From: Pseudomonas aeruginosa
GTDB lineage: Bacteria; Pseudomonadota; Gammaproteobacteria; Pseudomonadales; Pseudomonadaceae
DNA: 32,000 bases
Direction: 5' to 3'
Assembly (NCBI RefSeq): GCF_001457615.1
Contig: NZ_LN831024.1
Coordinates: forward strand, 5,700,001-5,732,000
Positions 24,348 through 32,000 of this stretch are shown piece by piece. Within the stretch, counting starts at the first letter, position 1, and each line of letters opens with the position of its first letter. A program made the translations under genes and the position numbers. Under the pieces are notes generated by a model that was not told the DNA's origin, did no database searches, and was given only the letters and a program-made list of their open reading frames with translations.

Positions 24348-26492
24348 TCAGCGACCGATTGCGATGGCCTGATTATTCATGATCCGCGGTGTCAGGAAAA
24401 CCAGAAGTTCGTTTTTCACGTCCGAGACCGTATCGCGCCGGAACAGCCGCCCCAGGTAAGGCAGGTCGCCGAGGAACGGCACCTTGTCCACCGACTTGCT
24501 CTGGGTGTTGCTGAACACGCCGCCGATGACGATGGTCTCGCCGTCGTTGACCAGGATCTTGGCGTTCACCTCGTTCTTGTTGATCGGCGGTACGCCGTTC
24601 AGTGCGCGATCGAAGTCCGGCGCATCCTTGGTCACCTTCACTTCGACGATGATCCGGTTGTCCGGGGTGATCTGCGGGGTCACCTCGAGGGACAGCGCGG
24701 CCTCCTTGAACGAGGTGCTGGTAGCGCCACTGGAGCTGGCCTCCTGGTAGGGTACTTCCTGGCCCTTGAGGATCTTCGCGGTTTCCTTGTCCGAGGTCAC
24801 GACCTTGGGCTGGGAGACGATCTCGCCGTTGCCGGTCTTTTCCATCGCCGACAGTTGCAGGTCGAGGATGATGTTGTCGGTGATGAAGCCGATGCCGATT
24901 CCGGAGGTGGCATCCTTGGCGCCGATGTCGACGAACGGCGACGGCGACTTGCTGGTTCCCGTGGTGGGGAAAGTACAGTTGCCGGCGATCGGGCCGCAGT
25001 TCATGCCGTCCTCGTCCTTGATCCCGATATTGCCGTCCTTGCCGTAGCCTCTCCAGTTGCCCTTGTGATAAGCGCCGCCCCAGCGCACACCGAGACTCTT
25101 GTCGTAACCGACGTTGGCCTCGACGATGCGTGCCTCGATCATCACCTGGCGCACCGGAATATCCAGCTGCGAAACGATCCGCCGCAGTTCGTCCAGTCGC
25201 TCCTGGGGCTGATAGGCGATGATGCTGTTGGTGCGGTCGTCGACGGTGATCGAGCCGCGCCCGCCTTCCTTGCCTTCCTGGCCACCATCGCTGGTCACCG
25301 ACTGGAACAGCTTGGCGATGTCCGCGGCCTTGGCGTAGTTCACCTGGATCAGTTCCCGGCGCAGTGGCGCCAACTCGGCGATCTGCTTCTGCGCTTCCAG
25401 CTCCTGGCGCTCACGGGCGGCGATCTCGTCGGCCGGGGCCACCAGCAGTACGTTGCCGAGCTTGCGCTTGTCCAGGCCCTTGGTCTTCAGTACCAGGTCC
25501 AGCGCCTGGTCCCACGGCACGTTCTGCAGGCGCAGGGTGATATTGCCCTGCACGGTATCCGAGGCCACCAGATTCAGGTCGGTGAAGTCGGCGATCAGTT
25601 GCAGTACCGAACGCACGTCGATGTCCTGGAAGTTCAGCGACAGTTTCTCGCCGGTATAGGCGAAATTGTCCTTCTTGCGCCGCTCGGCATCTTCCGTGGT
25701 CATCGGCTTGATGCTGACGGTCAGGCGATTGTCGGTCTGGTAGACCAGGTAGTCGTAGAGCCCGCTCGGCTCGATGGTGATGCTGGTACGGTCGGATTGC
25801 GCGCTGGCGTTGACGAACTGCACCGGCGTGGCGAAGTCCTTGACGTCCAGGCGAACCCGCAGCGCATCCGGCAGCTGGGTCTTGGCGAAGTCCAGGCGGA
25901 TCTTGCCGCCCTGCTCCTGGATATCCGGGCTCAAGGTCGGGTCGGACAGGTCGATGACCACGTTGCCCTCGCCCTTTTCGCCACGCTGGAAATCGATGTT
26001 GCGGATGGCACGACCCGCCGGCACGTACGGCTTGGGTTTGATCGGCTGGGCATAGCTGGCCGGAGCCGGGCTAGCCTTGACCGGAGCGGTGGAAGCGACG
26101 CTGGCGCCGGCCGGCGAATTGCCGACCACCACGAAGAGGTTGTTGCCTTCCACCCGGGTGGTGTAGGACGACAACGTGGTCAGGTTGATGATCAACCGTG
26201 TGCGATCCTTCGCCTCGACCACCGTGACGCTGCGCGTATTGCCCACGCTCAGCTCGCGGTTCTTGGTGCCGAGCTTGTTCTGTACCCCCGGCAGATCGAG
26301 GGCGATTCGCGCCGGCTGCTCGATGGTATAGCCACGCGGCGCGGCGACGGGCTCGTCGAACTGCAGCTTTAGCTCGACCCGGTCGCCAGGCAATGCCGCC
26401 ACGTCGAGTTTCTCCAGGTCCGCGGCGAGCAATGCCGGCGCGAACATGGCGGCCAGCAAAGCGATCCCGAGGCGCGAGAGGCCACTGTTCAT
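24348..26492 (-). CDS. pilQ: Type IV pilus secretin PilQ
   Basis: 714 aa from [24 protein letters not shown] (signal peptide); AMIN-like domains, STN '[57 protein letters not shown]', secretin '[35 protein letters not shown]...[12 protein letters not shown]...[15 protein letters not shown]'. Confidence 0.98.
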   Translation of the reverse strand: MNSGLSRLGIALLAAMFAPALLAADLEKLDVAALPGDRVELKLQFDEPVAAPRGYTIEQPARIALDLPGVQNKLGTKNRELSVGNTRSVTVVEAKDRTRLIINLTTLSSYTTRVEGNNLFVVVGNSPAGASVASTAPVKASPAPASYAQPIKPKPYVPAGRAIRNIDFQRGEKGEGNVVIDLSDPTLSPDIQEQGGKIRLDFAKTQLPDALRVRLDVKDFATPVQFVNASAQSDRTSITIEPSGLYDYLVYQTDNRLTVSIKPMTTEDAERRKKDNFAYTGEKLSLNFQDIDVRSVLQLIADFTDLNLVASDTVQGNITLRLQNVPWDQALDLVLKTKGLDKRKLGNVLLVAPADEIAARERQELEAQKQIAELAPLRRELIQVNYAKAADIAKLFQSVTSDGGQEGKEGGRGSITVDDRTNSIIAYQPQERLDELRRIVSQLDIPVRQVMIEARIVEANVGYDKSLGVRWGGAYHKGNWRGYGKDGNIGIKDEDGMNCGPIAGNCTFPTTGTSKSPSPFVDIGAKDATSGIGIGFITDNIILDLQLSAMEKTGNGEIVSQPKVVTSDKETAKILKGQEVPYQEASSSGATSTSFKEAALSLEVTPQITPDNRIIVEVKVTKDAPDFDRALNGVPPINKNEVNAKILVNDGETIVIGGVFSNTQSKSVDKVPFLGDLPYLGRLFRRDTVSDVKNELLVFLTPRIMNNQAIAIGR

Positions 26493-26545
26493 CGTCCGAC
26501 TCCGTTGTACAGACTGCTGTTGGTTATGCATGTTTTTCCCCGCCC

Positions 26546-27070
26546 TCAGGAGCGTTCCTTGAGAGTCAGGCTGCGCGGACGCTCCAGCCAGTTCCCCTCT
26601 CCGTCAGGAACGATTTCGATCACGTCTATTTTTCCTTCGCTGATGCCGACGACCTTGCCGTCGTTGCGCCCCAGGTAGTCCCCGACCCTCACCCGGTGCA
26701 CGCCACCCGCGCCCTTCACCAGGGCGAAGGTGCCCTGGGCGTTGGACAGGGTGCCGACCATCTCGAAGGTCTCGATGTTGAAGCCTTCCAGGAACTGCTT
26801 GACCCGCGTCTCGTCGGGCTTGATCACCTTGTTGCCCTTCTGCCGCACGGTCAGGTCGATCTTCACCGGCGGCTGGAACGGGCTGCGTAGCGACGCGGCG
26901 CTATAGGTGAAGGCCTCGTACGGCTGGAACTTCGGCAACGGCTCGATGGTGCCCTTGGGCCGGGCGCGAACCTCGTCCATGTAGGACTGCAGATCGGCGA
27001 AATCGGAACCGCCGCCGCATCCGGCCAGGCTGGCGAGCAGCAGGCTGCTCAGAATCAGGCGGGCTCTCAT
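26546..27070 (-). CDS. pilP: Type IV pilus lipoprotein PilP
   Basis: 'MRARLILSSLLLASLAGCGGGSDF' lipobox (LAGC); 'LKERS' C-terminus; position in the pilMNOPQ operon. Confidence 0.96.
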   Translation of the reverse strand: MRARLILSSLLLASLAGCGGGSDFADLQSYMDEVRARPKGTIEPLPKFQPYEAFTYSAASLRSPFQPPVKIDLTVRQKGNKVIKPDETRVKQFLEGFNIETFEMVGTLSNAQGTFALVKGAGGVHRVRVGDYLGRNDGKVVGISEGKIDVIEIVPDGEGNWLERPRSLTLKERS

Positions 27071-27690
27071 TTCTTCAGCCCCTTGTCGTTGTAGCGATAG
27101 GTCTTGGCCAGGATGCTCATGCGCAGCTTGGACGTGCTGCCGGGCGCGACCGGCTTGATCTCGAAGTCATGCAGGGTGACGATCCGCGGCAGGCTGGACA
27201 CGCCGCTGACGAAGGTCGCCAAGTCGTGGTAGCCGCCGACCACGCTGATCTGGATCGGCAGCTCGATGTAGAACTGCTGGGCAACCTCGGGAAGCAGCTT
27301 GATTTCCTCGAACTCCAGGCCGCTGCCCAGGCCGGTACGAGTGATGTCCTCGAGCAGCCCGGGTACCTCGGTGTCGCTGGGCAACTGCCGCAGCAAGGCG
27401 CCAAAGGACTCTTCCATCTCCTTCATCTGTGCCTTGTAGGCTTCCAGGTTCGCGGCCTGGAAGGCCTTGGTGGAGAACTGCTGCTTGAGCGTCTCCTCTT
27501 CCGCGGCCTGCTGTTCGAGCTGAGCCTGCATGTCACTCAGATGGAAGTTGTAGCCCAGCGCCAGGACCGCCGCGGTCAGCAGCACGCAGACGATGACCTT
27601 GACCGCCGCCGGCCAGGAACCGATGTTGTTCAGGTCGAGATCGTTGATATCGATCTTGCGCAGACTTTCCAGGGAACTGGCCAGACTCAT
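27067..27690 (-). CDS. pilO: Type IV pilus inner-membrane protein PilO
   Basis: 207 aa from MSLASSLESLRKIDINDLDLNNIGSWPAAVKVIVCVLLTAAVLALGYNFHLSDMQAQLEQ; coiled coil plus C-terminal domain; ATGA overlap with pilP. Confidence 0.96.
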   Translation of the reverse strand: MSLASSLESLRKIDINDLDLNNIGSWPAAVKVIVCVLLTAAVLALGYNFHLSDMQAQLEQQAAEEETLKQQFSTKAFQAANLEAYKAQMKEMEESFGALLRQLPSDTEVPGLLEDITRTGLGSGLEFEEIKLLPEVAQQFYIELPIQISVVGGYHDLATFVSGVSSLPRIVTLHDFEIKPVAPGSTSKLRMSILAKTYRYNDKGLKK

Positions 27691-28282
27691 TTCTTGGCTC
27701 CTTGCGCAACCCCATGCTTCGCCTTGGCGTCTTCCTCGCCGGGCTGCGTCTGCTGCACGGTCAGTTGGAACACGTTGGCCTGGTCCACCGCGCCCTGGGT
27801 CACCGCCTTGACCTCGTTCAGGGTCGGGGCGGTCAGCCACTCGGACGCGTCCATATTGCGCATGAGATTGGAAACGCGGTTGTTGGACTCGGCCGCGCCG
27901 GCGATGGCGATGTTCTTGCCGGTCATCTTCAGGTCGGTGAAATACACGCCGTCGGGCAAGGTCCGCACGAGCTGGTCGAACACCCGTCCGATGATGGGAC
28001 GGTTGCCCTGCAGGTCCTGGATGATCTTCATCCGCTCGAGCAATTGCTGGCGCCGCGACTTCAGTTCGCTGATTTCCTTGATCCGGGCGTCGAGTACGAC
28101 GATTTCCTTGCGCAGGAAGTCGTTGCGGGCGTTCTGGTTCTCGATGGCCGCGGTGAAGTACTGGTCGCCAAGGAATACCAGCGCAGCCGATGCCACCAGG
28201 ACGCCGCCAAGAATCACCAGGAACTGCTGCTTGCGCTGCTCGCGCAGCTCTTCGCGCCAGGGTAGAAGGTTGATCCGTGCCA

Positions 28283-28283
<1 letters not shown>
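27687..28283 (-). CDS. pilN: Type IV pilus inner-membrane protein PilN
   Basis: 'MARINLLPWREELREQRKQQFLVILGGVLVASAALVFLGDQYF' with the conserved INLLPWR motif; ATGA overlap with pilO. Confidence 0.97.
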
Positions 28284-29374
<1,091 letters not shown>

Positions 29375-29399
29375 TTACGAACGATTCTTCTTTTTTCAC

Positions 29400-29428
29400 A
29401 TTAGATACCAGAGCCGAAGGCCAGGCAA
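29400..29428 (-). promoter_or_regulatory. Candidate sigma70-like promoter of the pilMNOPQ operon
   Basis: Minus strand TTGCCT-N17-TCTAAT (4/6 and 5/6), about 50 nt upstream of the pilM GTG. Confidence 0.5.
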
Positions 29429-29453
29429 ATGGCTAGGTCACAGAAAAATTGCT

Positions 29454-29459
29454 TATAAT
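29454..29459 (+). promoter_or_regulatory. Perfect -10 hexamer TATAAT, candidate ponA promoter
   Basis: TATAAT 73 nt upstream of the ponA ATG. The -35 element is weak or not recognisable. Confidence 0.45.
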
Positions 29460-29531
29460 GTGAACAGCTTTTGCCTTTTTCCTGTCCTATTCGCTTAACT
29501 CTTTCTTTTTCCTGGAAATCCGAATCTACCC

Positions 29532-32000
29532 ATGCGCCTGCTGAAGTTCCTGTGGTGGACTTGCGTCACCCTGATTTGTGGAGTGCTGCTCAGTTTCAGC
29601 GGCGCCTATCTCTATCTGAGTCCCAGCCTGCCCTCGGTGGAAGCTCTGCGTAACGTCCAGCTGCAGATCCCCCTCAAGGTCTACAGCGAGGACGGCAAGC
29701 TGATCTCCGAGTTCGGCGAGATGCGCCGGACACCGATCCGCTTCGCCGACATCCCGCAGGACTTCATCCATGCCCTGCTGTCCGCCGAGGACGACAATTT
29801 CGCCAACCATTATGGCGTCGATGTGAAAAGCCTAATGCGCGCCGCCGCGCAATTATTGAAAAGCGGTCACATCCAGACTGGCGGCAGCACCATCACCATG
29901 CAGGTAGCGAAGAACTACTTCCTTACCAATGAAAGAAGCTTCTCGCGAAAGATCAATGAAATCCTCCTGGCCCTGCAGATCGAGCGACAGCTGACCAAGG
30001 ACGAGATTCTCGAGCTCTACGTCAACAAGATCTACCTGGGCAACCGTGCCTATGGCATCGAGGCTGCCGCACAGGTCTATTACGGCAAGCCGATCAAAGA
30101 CTTGAGCCTGGCCGAGATGGCGATGATCGCCGGCCTGCCGAAAGCGCCCTCGCGCTACAACCCGCTGGTCAACCCGACCCGCAGCACGGAACGGCGCAAC
30201 TGGATCCTCGAGCGCATGCTCAAGCTCGGCTTCATCGACCAGCAACGCTACCAGGCCGCCGTCGATGAGCCGATCAACGCCTCCTACCACGTGCAGACCC
30301 CCGAACTGAATGCGCCCTACATCGCCGAGATGGCCCGTGCCGAGATGGTCGGCCGCTACGGCAGCGAGGCCTATACCGAGGGCTACAAGGTCATCACCAC
30401 GGTCCGCAGCGACCTGCAGAACGCCGCCAGCCAATCGGTCCGCGACGGCCTCATCGACTATGACCAGCGCCACGGCTACCGCGGCCCGGAGACCCGCCTG
30501 CCGGGCCAGACCCGCGACGCCTGGCTCAAGCACCTGGGCCAGCAGCGCAGCATCGGCGGCCTGGAGCCGGCGATCGTCACCCAGGTGGAAAAGAGCGGGA
30601 TCATGGTGATGACCCGCGACGGCAAGGAAGAAGCCGTGACCTGGGACAGCATGAAATGGGCACGCCCCTTCCTCAGCAACAACAGCATGGGCCCGATGCC
30701 GCGCCAGCCCGCCGACGTGGCCCAGGCCGGCGACCAGATCCGCGTGCAGCGCCAGGAAGACGGCACCCTGCGCTTCGTACAGATTCCCGCCGCACAGAGC
30801 GCGCTGATCTCCCTCGACCCGAAGGACGGGGCGATCCGCTCGCTGGTCGGCGGCTTCTCCTTCGAGCAGAGCAACTACAACCGCGCGATCCAGGCCAAGC
30901 GCCAGCCGGGCTCCAGTTTCAAGCCGTTCATCTACAGCGCGGCCCTGGACAACGGCTTCACCGCCGCCAGCCTGGTCAACGATGCGCCGATCGTGTTCGT
31001 CGACGAGTACCTGGACAAGGTCTGGCGACCGAAGAACGACACCAATACCTTCCTCGGCCCGATCCCGCTGCGCGAAGCCCTGTACAAGTCCCGCAACATG
31101 GTCTCGATCCGCGTCCTGCAGGGCCTGGGCATCGAGCGGGCGATCAGCTACATCACCAAGTTCGGCTTCCAGCGCGACGAACTGCCGCGCAACTTCTCCC
31201 TGGCCCTGGGTACCGCGACAGTCACACCGATGGAAATCGCCGGCGCCTGGAGCGTATTCGCCAACGGCGGCTACAAGGTCAATCCGTACGTCATCGAACG
31301 CATCGAGAGCCGCGACGGACAGGTGCTGTACCAGGCCAATCCGCCCCGCGTGCCGGTGGAAGAACAGGTCGCTGCGCCGGATGCGGAAGACGCCGGGAAT
31401 CCTGGTGACCCCGAGCATCCGGAGAGCGCCGAAGGCGAAGGTTCGATCGAAGCCCAGCAAGTCGCCGCCAAGGCCCAGACCACCTTCGAGCCGACCCCGG
31501 CCGAGCGGATCATCGATGCCCGTACCGCCTATATCATGACCAGCATGCTGCAGGACGTGATCAAGCGCGGTACCGGGCGTCGCGCCCTGGCGCTGAAGCG
31601 CACCGACCTGGCCGGCAAGACCGGCACCACCAACGATTCCAAGGATGGCTGGTTCTCCGGCTACAACTCCGACTACGTGACCAGCGTCTGGGTCGGCTTC
31701 GACCAGCCGGAGACCCTGGGTCGCCGCGAGTACGGCGGTACCGTCGCGCTGCCGATCTGGATCAGGTACATGGGCTTCGCCCTCAAGGACAAGCCGATGC
31801 ACACCATGGCCGAGCCGCCAGGCATCGTCAGCCTGCGCATCGACCCGGTGACCGGCCGTTCGGCCGCGCCGGGCACTCCCGGCGCCTATTTCGAGATGTT
31901 CAAGAACGAGGATACCCCGCCCTCGGTCAATGAACTGCCGCCAGGCAGCTTCCCTGGCAGCCCGCTGCCGGATGACGAAGGCGCGCCGATCGACCTGTTC
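29532..32000 (+). CDS. ponA: Penicillin-binding protein 1A (bifunctional glycosyltransferase/transpeptidase); open at the right edge
   Basis: Continuous frame with no stop to 32000: 'MRLLKFLWWTCVTLICGVLLSFSGAYLYL', GT51 'LLSAEDDNFANHYGVD...TGGSTITMQVAKNYFL', transpeptidase 'QPGSSFKPFIYSAAL' (SSFK), 'SRN', 'LAGKTGTTNDSKDGWFSGY' (KTGT). Absent from the supplied ORF track because no stop codon is in the window. Confidence 0.97.
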   Translation, partial: MRLLKFLWWTCVTLICGVLLSFSGAYLYLSPSLPSVEALRNVQLQIPLKVYSEDGKLISEFGEMRRTPIRFADIPQDFIHALLSAEDDNFANHYGVDVKSLMRAAAQLLKSGHIQTGGSTITMQVAKNYFLTNERSFSRKINEILLALQIERQLTKDEILELYVNKIYLGNRAYGIEAAAQVYYGKPIKDLSLAEMAMIAGLPKAPSRYNPLVNPTRSTERRNWILERMLKLGFIDQQRYQAAVDEPINASYHVQTPELNAPYIAEMARAEMVGRYGSEAYTEGYKVITTVRSDLQNAASQSVRDGLIDYDQRHGYRGPETRLPGQTRDAWLKHLGQQRSIGGLEPAIVTQVEKSGIMVMTRDGKEEAVTWDSMKWARPFLSNNSMGPMPRQPADVAQAGDQIRVQRQEDGTLRFVQIPAAQSALISLDPKDGAIRSLVGGFSFEQSNYNRAIQAKRQPGSSFKPFIYSAALDNGFTAASLVNDAPIVFVDEYLDKVWRPKNDTNTFLGPIPLREALYKSRNMVSIRVLQGLGIERAISYITKFGFQRDELPRNFSLALGTATVTPMEIAGAWSVFANGGYKVNPYVIERIESRDGQVLYQANPPRVPVEEQVAAPDAEDAGNPGDPEHPESAEGEGSIEAQQVAAKAQTTFEPTPAERIIDARTAYIMTSMLQDVIKRGTGRRALALKRTDLAGKTGTTNDSKDGWFSGYNSDYVTSVWVGFDQPETLGRREYGGTVALPIWIRYMGFALKDKPMHTMAEPPGIVSLRIDPVTGRSAAPGTPGAYFEMFKNEDTPPSVNELPPGSFPGSPLPDDEGAPIDLF

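Noticed and set aside
24855-26372. 505-aa plus-strand ORF antisense to pilQ
   Set aside because: Shadow ORF, low-complexity Val/Gly/Asp/Arg-rich, opposite a clear secretin.
29853-31802. 649-aa minus-strand ORF opposite ponA
   Set aside because: ponA is the real gene (GT51 and SSFK/SRN/KTGT motifs) but is missing from the ORF track because it has no stop in the window; the antisense ORF has no domain support.

Overview
The window is a high-GC Pseudomonas chromosomal segment. Its gene content and order match what I recall of the conserved P. aeruginosa region from an mscK-like gene to ponA (roughly PA5022-PA5045 in PAO1); this is from memory, not a search. In order it carries: 3' part of an MscK/KefA-type mechanosensitive channel gene, selO, a TauE/SafE (TSUP) permease, metY (frameshifted), a DUF4442/thioesterase-like gene, a tandem universal stress protein gene (frameshifted), an orphan ParA-like ATPase, a divergent LysR/MFS pair, a divergent SDR/AraC pair, a secreted Asp-rich repeat protein, hemE, gltD, gltB, an AAA ATPase-SPOR fusion, aroB, aroK, pilQPONM (type IV pilus) and, divergently, ponA running off the right edge. 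The supplied ORF track omits ponA because no stop codon falls inside the window. I see no prophage, transposon, CRISPR, RNA gene or defence island, and no convincing new multigene system. The observations most worth following up are two apparent single-base deletions that break metY and the USP gene, a gltB leader with a good sigma70-like promoter overlapped by a dyad and followed by a hairpin, a 23-bp interrupted dyad in the AT-rich LysR/MFS spacer, the secreted repeat protein, and the ATPase-SPOR fusion. Very long antisense ORFs (up to 1749 aa) are interpreted as high-GC shadow frames.
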